This document shows positions 29,837 through 40,436 of a stretch of DNA of 64,000 bases, in pieces. Location of the stretch: positions 1,056,001 to 1,120,000 of the forward strand of contig CAVYKI010000003.1 in assembly GCA_963769025.1 (NCBI GenBank), in the 5' to 3' direction. Positions within the stretch are counted from its first letter, which is position 1. Every line of letters begins with the position of its first letter. The position numbers were made by a program, and so were the translations under genes. The notes beneath the pieces are model-generated. The model worked only from the letters and a program-made list of their open reading frames with translations. It was not told the DNA's origin and did not search any database. The DNA is from an uncultured Verrucomicrobiae bacterium (GTDB taxonomy: Bacteria > Verrucomicrobiota > Verrucomicrobiia > Chthoniobacterales > Chthoniobacteraceae).

Positions 29837-30229
29837 CTACGGCGGGACGAGGAAGGTGCGGCGGCTGTAGGGGCATTCGGCCTCGGTGCCCGGAGGCAGG
29901 CCGCGGACGTCGATGAGGCGGCCCTGGGAGTCGTAAGGGCTCTTCACGTAGCCCGGCTTGCCGTCCACCTTGATGGCGTATTCCGGGTTCGAGGGAGTGG
30001 GCGGCGCGGGAATGTTGTGCTTCGGCGCGGGCGTGGGGTCCACGACCTCATCGCGCCTTTTCTTTTCCGGCGGAAAGGCCTCCGGGTCAGTGGCGTCCAC
30101 AAACCTCGTCGGCGGGACGTCAGTCGTTCTCGGCCCCTGCGCCGGCAACTGGCGGGCCCTGTTCTTGTCACACGCCGTGAAGCCCACCGCGAGGGTAAGC
30201 GACAGAAGCGAAAGGATGGTTCGTTTCAT
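29837..30229 (-). CDS. Hypothetical lipoprotein
   Basis: Lipobox FTAC, Pro-rich linker, compact C-terminal domain KPGYVKSPY...IDVRGLPPG...CPY. Confidence 0.7.
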   Translation of the reverse strand: MKRTILSLLSLTLAVGFTACDKNRARQLPAQGPRTTDVPPTRFVDATDPEAFPPEKKRRDEVVDPTPAPKHNIPAPPTPSNPEYAIKVDGKPGYVKSPYDSQGRLIDVRGLPPGTEAECPYSRRTFLVPP

Positions 30230-30359
30230 AAATCTCGCGTCCATCTAGTGGATCGTGGTGCGGATGGCAATGCTAAATTCCCAGCATTTCGAACCGCCAC
30301 CGGAGCGGCGGGGCAATCCGGAGTTGGCCACGGACCGCGCGCCCGCTATCGGCATGCGG

Positions 30360-32054
30360 ATGTCAAAGTCGCTCGCATGGACGGTCTGGGCGGTCACCGC
30401 GCTCCTGCTCGGCTGCTTTTTCGTCTGGCCGATTCTCACCACGGTGCAGCGGGCGTTCTTCGATCCGAGCGGGAATTTCACCCTGCTCGCCGTGCGCGAG
30501 GTCTTTGCGAACCGCATCTACGTCGAGGGGCTGATGAATTCCTTCCTGCTCGCGCTCGCCTCGACCGCCCTCACGCTGGTCATCGCGATGCCGCTCGCAT
30601 TCCTCAGCGACCGGTTCGATTTCATCGGAAAAAAGGCGCTCTCCGCGCTGCTCCTCGTACCGATGATTTTGCCGCCCTTCGTCGGCGCCATCGGTGTGCG
30701 GCAGATGCTCGGGCAATATGGCGCGCTCAATTCCGCGCTCACGCACCTCGGCGTGCTCGACCCGGGCATGACGATTGACTGGCTCGGGCGCGGGCAATTC
30801 TGGGGCTGCGTGATCCTGAACGCGCTCCACCTTTACCCGATCCTCTTCCTCAATCTCACCGCCGCGCTCGCAAATGTGGACCCGGCGATGGAGGAAGCCG
30901 CGGAAAATCTCGGCTGCACGGGCTGGAGGAAATTCCGCCGCATCACGCTGCCGCTCATCATGCCCGGGCTCTTCGCAGGCGGGACGATCGTCTTCATCTT
31001 CGCGTTCACGGAGCTCGGCACGCCGCTCATCTTCGACTACTCGCGCGTCACGAGCGTGCAGATTTTCTACGGCATCAAGGAAATCTCCGGCAACCCGTTC
31101 CCTTTTGCCCTCGTCGTCGTGATGCTTTTCGCGACCGCGCTGCTCTACGCCGCGAGCAAGCTGCTCTTTGGCCGCAGCGAGGCGGCGATGTCCGGAAAGG
31201 CGGGCATCGCCGGGACCACGCGCACGCTCCGCGGTTCGGCAGGGTGGCTGTGCGCCATGGCATTTGCGGGCGTCACTTTCCTCGCGCTCCTCCCGCACAT
31301 CGGGGTGGTGCTCGAATCGTTCTCGAAGGACTGGTACCGCACGGTGCTGCCCACGCAATGGACCACGCAGCACTACGAGGCGGCGCTCGGCCACTACCTC
31401 ACCGTGCCGAGCATCATGAACAGCCTGAAGTACGCGAGCCTCGCCGTCGTCGTGGACATCGTGCTCGGCCTCGCCATCGCCTACGTGATCGTCCGCACGA
31501 AACTCCCCGGCCGGCAGATGCTCGACACACTCGCGATGCTCCCGCTCGCCGTCCCGGGCCTCGTGCTTGCCTTCGGCTACATTTCGATGACGCAGCCCGG
31601 CCGCTTCTTCGAGGTGCTGAATCCCGGCAAGGATCCCACGCTGCTGCTCGTCATCGCGTATTCCGTCCGCCGACTGCCTTACGTCGTGCGCAGCGCCGTC
31701 GCCGGCCTGCAGCAGACGAGCGAAACGCTCGAGGAAGCCGCTCAAAACCTCGGCTGCCCGCCGCTGCGCACGCTGCGGCGCATCACCTTCCCGCTCATCG
31801 CCGCCAATGTCCTCGCCGGCGGCCTCCTCGCGTTCAGCTTCGCGATGCTCGAGGTCAGCGACTCGCTCATCCTCGCGCAAAAGCAGCAGCACTTCCCTAT
31901 CACCAAGGCCATCTACGAGCTGTTCCAGCTCATCGGCGACGGCAAATTCCTCGCCGCCGCTCTGGGCGTGTGGGCGATGGTCTTCCTCGGCCTCACCATC
32001 ACCGTCGCGAGCCGCATTTTGGGAAAGAAAATGGGCGCGCTGTTTCGTGCGTGA
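30360..32054 (+). CDS. ABC transporter permease, two-domain (FbpB/iron-type)
   Basis: Two EEAAxNLG loops and about 12 TM segments. Confidence 0.9.
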   Translation: MSKSLAWTVWAVTALLLGCFFVWPILTTVQRAFFDPSGNFTLLAVREVFANRIYVEGLMNSFLLALASTALTLVIAMPLAFLSDRFDFIGKKALSALLLVPMILPPFVGAIGVRQMLGQYGALNSALTHLGVLDPGMTIDWLGRGQFWGCVILNALHLYPILFLNLTAALANVDPAMEEAAENLGCTGWRKFRRITLPLIMPGLFAGGTIVFIFAFTELGTPLIFDYSRVTSVQIFYGIKEISGNPFPFALVVVMLFATALLYAASKLLFGRSEAAMSGKAGIAGTTRTLRGSAGWLCAMAFAGVTFLALLPHIGVVLESFSKDWYRTVLPTQWTTQHYEAALGHYLTVPSIMNSLKYASLAVVVDIVLGLAIAYVIVRTKLPGRQMLDTLAMLPLAVPGLVLAFGYISMTQPGRFFEVLNPGKDPTLLLVIAYSVRRLPYVVRSAVAGLQQTSETLEEAAQNLGCPPLRTLRRITFPLIAANVLAGGLLAFSFAMLEVSDSLILAQKQQHFPITKAIYELFQLIGDGKFLAAALGVWAMVFLGLTITVASRILGKKMGALFRA

Positions 32055-32096
32055 AGCGGAACGCAGCCGCGCATGTCAAAGCGCTGGCATTTTTCC

Positions 32097-32122
32097 GTAG
32101 CCGCCGACGGCAGGAGGCGGGC
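32097..32122 (+). repeat. GTAG-type REP (family A, single)
   Basis: GTAGCCGCCGACGGCAGGAGGCGGGC identical to 5818-5843. Confidence 0.85.
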
Positions 32123-32220
32123 TGATCGGAATCAGCCTGCGCTTTGACAAGCCCAGCCACGGGAGCGCGCCGCCGAATTGTCACTTGGGTCACGCGCCGC
32201 AATCTGTTCCCATCCCCGCG

Positions 32221-32877
32221 ATGAAAAAACTCTTCGCCGAATTCCTCGCCACGCTCGGCATGGTCTTCGCGGGCACCGGTGCGATCGTCGTGAACGACCA
32301 GACCGGCGCACTCGGCCACAGCGGCATCGCGCTGACCTTCGGCCTCATCGTGCTGGCGATGATTTACTGCTTCGGCGACATCAGCGGCGCTCACATGAAT
32401 CCAGCCGTGACCATCGGCTTTGCCGCCGCAGGGCGCAGCGGATGGCGGACGGTCCCCGGCTACATCACGGCGCAGGTGCTCGGAGCGTTCGCAGCGAGCG
32501 GCCTGCTCAAGTTCCTCTTTCCCGCCAGCGCGCGCCTTGGCGCGACGCTGCCGTCGGGCGCGGTGTCGCAGAGCTTCGTGCTCGAAATCGCGCTCACGTT
32601 TTTCCTGATGCTCGTCGTGCTCAGCGTGAGCACCGGCGCAAAGGAGAAAGGCGTGACCGCCGGCATCGCCATCGGCGCGGTCATTGCGCTGGAAGCCATG
32701 TTCGCCGGGCCGATTTGCGGCGCCTCGATGAACCCCGTGCGCTCGCTCGCCCCGGCGCTCGTCAGCGGTCATATCGAGCATCTCTGGCTCTACCTCACTG
32801 CGCCCGTCCTGGGCGCGCTGCTCGCGATCCCCGCCTGCTGCGCCGTCCGTGAACCCGGCTGCTGCCGCGCCACCTGA
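32221..32877 (+). CDS. MIP family channel (aquaporin/aquaglyceroporin)
   Basis: ISGAHMNPAVT and ASMNPVRS motifs; Cys-rich C-terminal tail. Confidence 0.92.
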   Translation: MKKLFAEFLATLGMVFAGTGAIVVNDQTGALGHSGIALTFGLIVLAMIYCFGDISGAHMNPAVTIGFAAAGRSGWRTVPGYITAQVLGAFAASGLLKFLFPASARLGATLPSGAVSQSFVLEIALTFFLMLVVLSVSTGAKEKGVTAGIAIGAVIALEAMFAGPICGASMNPVRSLAPALVSGHIEHLWLYLTAPVLGALLAIPACCAVREPGCCRAT

Positions 32878-32880
32878 GCC

Positions 32881-33336
32881 ATGGGCGCATCCTCCGAAGC
32901 ACCGCTCGTCCTCATCCTGTGCACGGGAAATTCGTGCCGCTCGCACATCGCGGAAGGCATCCTGCGCGCCGCCGCCGCCGACACGCTGCGCGTCGCGAGC
33001 GCGGGGTCGAAACCCGCAGACTACGTGCATCCGCTCGCCATCCGCGCGCTCGCCGAGATCGGCATCGATATTTCCGCGCACCGCTCGAAACACCTCGACG
33101 AATTCCTGACGGAAAAGGTCGAGACCGTCATCACCGTCTGCGGCAATGCCGACCAAGTGTGCCCGACGTTTCCCGGCCAGGTGAACCGCCACCACTGGGG
33201 ATTCGACGATCCCGCGCACGCGACCGGCACCGAGGAGGAGCAGTTCGCCGTTTTCCGCCGAGTGCGGGATGAAATCGCGCGCACCTTCCGAGCCTACGCC
33301 GCTGGCCGGCTCGACGAGGCGAAGCGCCGCACCTGA
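32881..33336 (+). CDS. arsC: Arsenate reductase (LMW-PTP fold, thioredoxin type)
   Basis: CTGNSCRS P-loop, TVC....QVCP resolving Cys pair, HWGFDDP. Confidence 0.9.
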   Translation: MGASSEAPLVLILCTGNSCRSHIAEGILRAAAADTLRVASAGSKPADYVHPLAIRALAEIGIDISAHRSKHLDEFLTEKVETVITVCGNADQVCPTFPGQVNRHHWGFDDPAHATGTEEEQFAVFRRVRDEIARTFRAYAAGRLDEAKRRT

Positions 33337-33488
33337 CAGTGATCCGGTTTTCATCCGCGGATTGTGCAAAGTTTCGCAGATGAAGCAGGCGGACCGGAGC
33401 ATCGACAGTGACGGATTTTCCGGTGCGTTCCTCACTCAATGTCGCGCCCTCCGTGCATGAAAAATCTGCGGATCACTTCCGCGCCGCG

Positions 33489-34421
33489 TTACGCCCGCGG
33501 GTGCGCGTCGTCGTAGGCTTTCTTCAGGCGCTCGGTGGTGACGTGCGTGTAGATCTGCGTCGTCGAGAGGCTCGCGTGGCCGAGGAGCGACTGCACGCTG
33601 CGCAGGTCCGCGCCCGCGTCGAGCATGTGCGTGGCAAAGCTGTGCCGCAGTTTGTGCGGTGAGACCGTCAGCGGGATTTCGGCGAATGCGAGGTAGCGCC
33701 GCAGCGAGAGCCAGATCGAGCGCGTGCTGATCCGCTTGCGCGACTTGTTGATGAACAGCGGCCCCATTTCCACCCGCGCCGCCTGCCGGTATTTTTGCAA
33801 CGCCTCCAGCGCCGGCGCGCCGACGGGCACGATGCGTTCCTTCCGGCCCTTGCCCATCACGCGGACAGTTTCGTTGAAGATGTCCACGTCGCGCACGGTG
33901 AGCGAGGCGAGTTCCGCGAGGCGCAGGCCGCTGCTGTAGAAGAGCTCGAGGATCGCCGCGTCGCGCTGCGGCATCCACTTCGGCGCGCGATCCGACTTTT
34001 TCATCGCCATCGGCGCGGCGAGCAGCGTGTCGATCTGCTTGCGCGAGAGCACGACGGGCAGGCCGCGATCCAGCTTCGGGAGCTGCACCTGCTTGAGCGG
34101 GTTGTCCTTCAGTCCGTGGCGCTCGGTGAGGAAACGGTAGAAGGTCCGCAGCGCCGCGAAGTGCAGCCGCACCGTCGGCTTCGCGAGCCCGGCCTTCATC
34201 TGTTCGAAGAGGTAGCGCCTGAAATGATCCGCGCGCAGATCCTTCCAAGGTGGCTGGGCGACACTCTTGCGGAAGCTCTTGAGCGCATGCCGGTAGTTCG
34301 TAAGCGTGAGCGGCGAGACGTTGCGTTCGACTTCGAGGTGTTCGAGGAAAAGCTCGGTGAATCGGTCGGCTGGCACCTCGCGAGTCTCCCGGGATCCTGC
34401 GCGCGTGTCCAGCGGGCGCAT
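33489..34421 (-). CDS. xerC: Tyrosine recombinase XerC-like
   Basis: SSGLRLAEL, GKGRKER, SPHKLRHSFATH, LLGHASLSTTQIY. Confidence 0.88.
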   Translation of the reverse strand: MRPLDTRAGSRETREVPADRFTELFLEHLEVERNVSPLTLTNYRHALKSFRKSVAQPPWKDLRADHFRRYLFEQMKAGLAKPTVRLHFAALRTFYRFLTERHGLKDNPLKQVQLPKLDRGLPVVLSRKQIDTLLAAPMAMKKSDRAPKWMPQRDAAILELFYSSGLRLAELASLTVRDVDIFNETVRVMGKGRKERIVPVGAPALEALQKYRQAARVEMGPLFINKSRKRISTRSIWLSLRRYLAFAEIPLTVSPHKLRHSFATHMLDAGADLRSVQSLLGHASLSTTQIYTHVTTERLKKAYDDAHPRA

Positions 34422-34674
34422 CGCTCCGTTTTTTGCCGATGGCGTGAATCAAGGTTGGAGTTCCCGCATGGTTCTGCGCGAAGGTATCCGTCGCATGCCG
34501 CAGGTTTACCACTCGTCGGCCCCGGATTTTCCGCAGTTTGCAACGCCGGACCGGCGGTTCACACCCCTAGTGAACATTTCGTCAAATAATACGTGTAAGT
34601 AGCAATTGACTTCGCACCTTCCGATCCTTACCTAGCCGCTCCTCGCTGCGAAAACCACGCGCCTTTCTTCTCCC

Positions 34675-37185
34675 ATGAAAATCCGTCTCGCTCCTTCCAT
34701 CGCACTTGCCGTCGTCGCTTCGCTGACCCTTGCGCACGCCGCAAAAAAGCCTGCAAACGCACCGGAACCCGCGGCCACCGTCACGAGTACGGCCGGTGCC
34801 GCCGGCTGGTTCAACTGGCGCGGTCCGGCGCAGAACGGCTCCTCGCCCGAGACCGGGCTGCCGGACAAGGTGGACGCGGACAAGCCGCTGTGGGTCGCTG
34901 ATTTTCCGGGGCAGAGCGCGCCGGTCATCGCGAACGGGAAGCTCTACATCAACGGCCGCACCGGCGAAGGCGCGAACCTGCGCGAGGGCGTGAGCTGCTT
35001 CGATGCGGAGACGGGCAAGCTGCTCTGGCAGCATCTCGAAAACGACTTCCTGAGCGACATCATCTATCTGCGCTACGCGACGGGTTCGCCGACGGTGGAC
35101 CCCGAGACGGGCAACGTCTATGTGCAGGGCGCGCAGGGCCTGCTCTCGTGCTTCACCGGCGACGGCAAGCTGCTCTGGCAGCACTCGCTCATGGAGGAAT
35201 ATGGGCGGCTCACCTTCCCGAATGGACGCACGGCGACGCCGGTCATCGACCGCGATTTGGTCATCACGCGTTGCATCACCAGCGGCTGGGGCGCGAATGG
35301 CCCGGCGGCGGATCGGCTGCTCGCGTTCGACAAGAAGACCGGCGATCTCATCTGGCTGACCTCGCCGGCGGACCGTCCGCAGGATCCCACTTTCTCGCCG
35401 CTGCAGCTCTCGTGGTACGATGGCAAGCGCGTGTTCTTCACCGCGTGCGGCGATTCCTCGATCGCTTGCGTGAATGCGCGCACCGGCCAGCCGATCTTCC
35501 GCTTCCCGGCGGCAAAGGCGGGCGCGAAAGGCGGCATCAATGGCGCAGTGCTGCGCTACAAGGATTCGCTGCTCGTCGCGCACGAGTCGGAGAATGTGGA
35601 CACCAGCGAAGTCGGGCGCACGGCGTCGTTCCGCATCCCGGCGCCGGACGCTGAGCCGAAAGCCGTGGTTCCGTCCGCGTACCCGGTGCCGCCCGGGATG
35701 AAGATTTTCTCGCCGAAGGAGCTCGAGCAATGGCGCAACCCGCTGGGCAACCTCGGCTCTTCGCCCGCGCTCGTCGGCAACACACTCTACCAGGTGACCG
35801 GCGTCGGGGAATTCGCGGCGGTGAACGCCGACACCGGCGAGGTGAAGTGGAGGAAAAAGCTCGGCCCCGAACAGCGGCAGTCCTCGCCGTTTGCCGCGGA
35901 TGGGAAGGTGTATGTCGCATTTTACATCGCGGCCGGCATCCAGGCTGCGGGGGAAGGCGACGGCGGCGACGGAGAGCTCTACATTTTCAAGCCCGGCGAA
36001 AAGGACGCGGAAGTGCTCTCGAAGACCCGGCTCACGGGCCGCTGCTTCGGCTCGCCCATCGCCTACAACGGCAAGCTCTACGTCCAGACGGACAAGAAGC
36101 TCTACGCCTTTGGCAAGAAGGGCGACAACGCGGGCGCGAAGGCCGTCGTGTGGAAGGACGAAGCGTGGCCGGAAATCAGCAAGACCGCCGCTCCGGCGAA
36201 GCTCCAGATCATCCCCGACGAAGCGCTGCTCCGCCCCGGCGCGAGCGTGCAGGTGCGCGTGCGGTCGCTGGATGCGAACGGCTTCACGATCAACGAAAAC
36301 GTGGATCTGAAGTCGGTGAAGATCGACAACTACATCCCGCCGACCGCGCTCGTGAAGGCGAAGATGAACGGCAAGTTTGATGATGCAGGCAAGCTCACCG
36401 CCGACGCCACGCCGGTCAGCAGCGCAGGCGCCTTTCAGGCCGTGCTGCTCTCGGATGAAAAGGTGACGGGGACGATGCGCGGCCGCGTGCTGCCGACGCT
36501 GCCGATGAAGGCGGATTTCGAAGGCACCGAGCTGAACGAAATGACCGGCCCCGGCCTCGGGCAGGAGCCGGCGCCCGTCGAGCCCGGCAAGCCCGCGCCT
36601 CCGGCGGGGCCGACGAACTGGAACGTCATCGAGGCGCCCACCGCCTTTGCCTATCCGCCGCTCGCGTGGATCGGCGCTCGGTTCCGCTTCGAGATTCGCA
36701 AGGCTCCCGGCGACGGCTCGCTCGCGCTGTGCAAGACGATCGACAACAAAATCTTCCAGCGCGGCCAGGCCTTCATCGGCCACGCGGACATGAAGAACTA
36801 CACCATCGAGGCCGACGTGATGACCGAGGGCAACAAGCGCAAGATGTCCGACATCGGTCTGATCAATCAGCACTACCTCGTCGTCCTGCGCGGCAATGCG
36901 CGTGAGATCGAACTCAGCAGCAACCTCGAGCTCATCAAGGAAGCGAAGCCCTTTGCCATCACTCCCAACGAATGGCACCGCCTGAAGGTCCGCGTGGACG
37001 TGGCCAAGGATGGCAGCGGCGTGGTGAAGGCGAAGGCTTGGAAAAAGGCGGACCCGGAGCCCGAGGCCTGGAACATCGAGTACAAGCACGCGCACGCGCA
37101 CACGAACGGCGCACCCGGGATTTTCTCCCTCTCGCCGCAGGAGCAGCGCGCGTGGATCGACAACATCGAAGTGAAACCGAACTGA
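34675..37185 (+). CDS. Exported PQQ-like (BamB-type) beta-propeller protein with C-terminal beta-sandwich domains
   Basis: Signal peptide, WFNWRGP..NG, repeated AFDxxTGxxxW blades, C-terminal beta-rich domain ending WIDNIEVKPN. Confidence 0.85.
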   Translation: MKIRLAPSIALAVVASLTLAHAAKKPANAPEPAATVTSTAGAAGWFNWRGPAQNGSSPETGLPDKVDADKPLWVADFPGQSAPVIANGKLYINGRTGEGANLREGVSCFDAETGKLLWQHLENDFLSDIIYLRYATGSPTVDPETGNVYVQGAQGLLSCFTGDGKLLWQHSLMEEYGRLTFPNGRTATPVIDRDLVITRCITSGWGANGPAADRLLAFDKKTGDLIWLTSPADRPQDPTFSPLQLSWYDGKRVFFTACGDSSIACVNARTGQPIFRFPAAKAGAKGGINGAVLRYKDSLLVAHESENVDTSEVGRTASFRIPAPDAEPKAVVPSAYPVPPGMKIFSPKELEQWRNPLGNLGSSPALVGNTLYQVTGVGEFAAVNADTGEVKWRKKLGPEQRQSSPFAADGKVYVAFYIAAGIQAAGEGDGGDGELYIFKPGEKDAEVLSKTRLTGRCFGSPIAYNGKLYVQTDKKLYAFGKKGDNAGAKAVVWKDEAWPEISKTAAPAKLQIIPDEALLRPGASVQVRVRSLDANGFTINENVDLKSVKIDNYIPPTALVKAKMNGKFDDAGKLTADATPVSSAGAFQAVLLSDEKVTGTMRGRVLPTLPMKADFEGTELNEMTGPGLGQEPAPVEPGKPAPPAGPTNWNVIEAPTAFAYPPLAWIGARFRFEIRKAPGDGSLALCKTIDNKIFQRGQAFIGHADMKNYTIEADVMTEGNKRKMSDIGLINQHYLVVLRGNAREIELSSNLELIKEAKPFAITPNEWHRLKVRVDVAKDGSGVVKAKAWKKADPEPEAWNIEYKHAHAHTNGAPGIFSLSPQEQRAWIDNIEVKPN

Positions 37186-37232
37186 CCCGCCACATTCCCA
37201 ACGACACGACAACCCAACTCAAAATCGAACCC

Positions 37233-38821
37233 ATGAATCTCTCCGTCCGTCTGTTCACCGCCGCCGCGTTCGCCGGCATCGCCTTTACCTCCGTAGTCCG
37301 TGCCGACGACTGGCCGGGCTGGGGCGGCAGCGATCCGGGGCGCAACATGTATTCGCCCGCGAAGGGCATCCCGGCGCAGTTCGACCCCGGCAAGTTCAAG
37401 AAGAACTCCGAGGAGATCGACATGGCCACGACGAAGAACGTGAAGTGGATCGCGAAGCTCGGCTCGCAGACCTACGGCAACACGGTCGTCGCCTACGGCA
37501 AGGTGTACATCGGCACGAACAACGCCGGGATGCGCGATCCGCGGTTCAAGGACGACAAGTCGGTGCTGCTCTGCCTCGATGAAAAGGCGGGCGATCTCAT
37601 CTGGCAGTTCACCGTGCCGAAGCTCGCGAGCGGCAAGGTGAACGACTGGGAATACCTCGGCTATCTCAGCGCGCCGTTCGTGGATGGCAACACGCTTTAC
37701 TCCGTCTCGAGCCGTTGCGAAGTCATCGCGCTCAACGCCGACGGCCAGAAGAACGGCAACACGGGCACTTTCAAGGACGAGGGGAAGTACATGCCCGGCC
37801 CCGGCAAGCCTCCGGTCGAGGTCACCGCGAAGGACGCGGACATCCTCTGGAAATACGACATGATGGACGAGCTCGGCGTGTTCCCTCACAACGCGTCGAA
37901 CAGCTCGCCGCTCGTCCTGGATGGCCGGGTGTACGTCTGCACCAGCAACGGCCAGGACTGGTCGCACGTGAACATCCCCTCGCCGCAGTCGCCGAGCTTC
38001 ATCGTGCTCGACAAGAAGACCGGCGCGCTCATCGGCGAAGACGACGCCGGGATCGGCCCGCGCATTCTCCACGGCCAGTGGACCTCGCCGAGCGCGGGGA
38101 AAGTGGATGGCAAGTGGCAGGTGTTTTTCGGCGGAGGCGACGGGTTCCTCTACGGTTTCGACGCAGTGCCCGTGAAGGAGGGCGACACGGACACCTTCAA
38201 GACCGCGTGGAAATTCGACTGCGTGCCCGGAGGAGTACAAGAAGGACAAGACCGGCAAACCGTACAAATATCCCGCGCCGGAAGGCCCGAGCGAAATCAT
38301 CGCGACGCCCGTCGTTTACAAGGACAAGATCTACGTCGCCGTCGGCCAGGATCCCGAGCACGGCGAGGGCGTGGGCCGGCTGCGTGTGCATCGATCCGAA
38401 GGGCCTCAAGGGCGACGTGACCAACACGAAGGGCGCGCTCGTCTGGGACTTCAAGGACATCAAGCGCAGTATCAGCACCGTCGCGATCGATCCCGCCAAT
38501 GACCTGCTCTTCATCGGCGACTACAGCGGCTTCGTCTATTGCCTCGACGCGAAAACCGGCAAGCACCACTGGACGCACGACACGCAGGCGCACATCTGGG
38601 GTTCGCCGTTTATCGTGGATGGGAAGGTGTACTTCGGCAACGAGGACGGCGACCTCTACGTCTTCGAGTCGTCGAAGGAGAAAAAACTCCTCAACCAGGT
38701 GAACATGGGCGCGCCGATCCTCGCCACGCCCATCGTGGCGAATGGCACGCTCTACATCAACACGCAGACGCATCTCTACGCGATCGCCGAGGGCGCGAAG
38801 CCGGAGGCGACGCAGAAATAG
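37233..38821 (+). CDS. Second exported PQQ-like beta-propeller protein; apparent +1 frameshifts near 38229 and 38383
   Basis: ADDWPGWGG...RNM, LDxKTG blades; removing single bases gives CVP|EEYKKDK and GVGRL|VCIDP, joining ORFs 36972..38420 and 37715..38821 through a short third frame. Confidence 0.8.
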
Positions 38822-38845
38822 CCGCGCGGCTCCGGACCCCACCTC

Positions 38846-40361
38846 ATGGACAACCAGACCTCGGCCGGGCTTACGCGCACGCAGTGGCTCATCTGCATCA
38901 TCGCGTCGATCGGCTTTGCCTTCGACATCTACGAGCTGCTGATGCTGCCGCTCATCATCAAGCCCGCGATGGCCGCGCTCAGCGCGCCGCTCGTCGAGCA
39001 GATGGTCGCGGCGGGAATGCCGCGGCCGGAGGCGATGGCGCAATGGCTGCCGGGCGGCGAGAGTATGTGCACTGGGCGCGGATGCTCTTCTTCGTCCCGG
39101 CCATCGCCGGCGGCGTCTTCGGTTTGCTCGGCGGCTATCTCACCGACCTGCTCGGCCGCCGGCGCGTGCTGACCTTCAGCATTCTGCTCTACGCCTGCGC
39201 CGCGTGCGCGGCGGGCTTTGCGCACGACGCTGCCGCAGCTGCTCTTCTTCCGCTGCCTCGTCTTCATCGGCGTGTGCGTGGAATTCGTCGCCGCGGTGGC
39301 GTGGCTGGCGGAACTTTTCACGGACGCCGCAGCAGCGCGAAAAAGTGCTCGGCTACACGCAGGCATTTTCCTCGCTCGGCGGCATCCTCGTCGCGCTGGC
39401 GAATCTCGCCGCGGCCAAATGGGCGCTCAGCCTGCCGGCCATCCACGGCGGCCACGAGGCGTGGCGCTACACGCTCATCTCCGGCGTCATTCCCGCGCTG
39501 CCGCTGATCCTCATCCGCCCATTCCTGCCGGAGTCGCCCGGTGTGGCAGAAGAAGCGCGACGCCGGCATGCTCAAGCGCCCGAGCATCGCGCGAGCTGTT
39601 CAGCCCCGCGCTCGCACGCACGACCATCATCACCACGCTGGTCTTCGCCGCCAGCTACGGCATCGCCTTCGGCGCCATCCAGCAGCTCCCGCAGATCATC
39701 GGCGCCGCAGGCGCGTCGGCACGCCCGGCGGAGCGCGGACACAAGGAAATCATCGCCACGGCCAAAGCCGCCGTCGGCAAGGCCGTGGCGGACGCCAAGG
39801 CCGCCGGCAAGCCGGAGCTCACGCCCGCGCAGAAGCGCCAGATCGGCGGCAACGCCAGCGACGAAGCCGTGGCGAAAGTCTCCAGCGCGCAGGAAATCGG
39901 CGGCCTCGTCGGGCCGCGTGCTCTTCGCCGTGCTCGCCACCGTCATCGTCAGCCGCCGCGCGCTGCTGCGCATCTTCCAGATTCCTGCGCTCCTCTTCGT
40001 GCCGTTCTTTTTCTGGTGGATCTCCGGCAACCTCGGCAGCGACACGCTCGGCTTGATCAAGGCGGGCATCTTCGTCGCCGGCCTGCTCACCGTCGCGCAG
40101 TTCTCGTTTCTGGGGAAATTACATCCCGCTCGTCTTCCCGCTGCACCTGCGCGGCACGGGCGAAAGCTTCGCCGCCAACATCGGCGGGCGCGTCATCGGC
40201 ACCGCCGCCGCGTGGTTCACGATCACGCTTTCCGAATCCAATCCGCCGAGCGCGGCGAAGATCGCCGTGATCGGCGCCATCGTCGCCGGCACCTACGCGC
40301 TGATCGGCGCGCGTCCTCACCCAATTGCTGCCCGGAGCCGAAGCCAGGACACGACGAATGA
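38846..40361 (+). CDS. MFS transporter with about 9 apparent frameshifts
   Basis: IASIGFAFDIYEL, GGYLTDLLGRRRVL (motif A), GVCVEFVAAVAWLAELF, PESPVW, FPLHLRGTG can be threaded across frames to TGA at 40359-40361. Confidence 0.8.
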
Positions 40362-40436
40362 CGACTCACGCCGATCCGCCTGCGACGCGAGCGTCCCAGT
40401 TCACCTTCAAACCCTGATCCTTCATGCTTCAACCCG

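Noticed and set aside
33489..34421. Tyrosine recombinase as a prophage or integron integrase
   Set aside because: Size and motifs fit XerC; no IntI-specific insertion, attC array, tRNA target or phage genes.
38846..40361. Programmed frameshifting or phase variation of the MFS gene
   Set aside because: About nine breaks with no slippery heptamers or long homopolymers; an artefact is more parsimonious.
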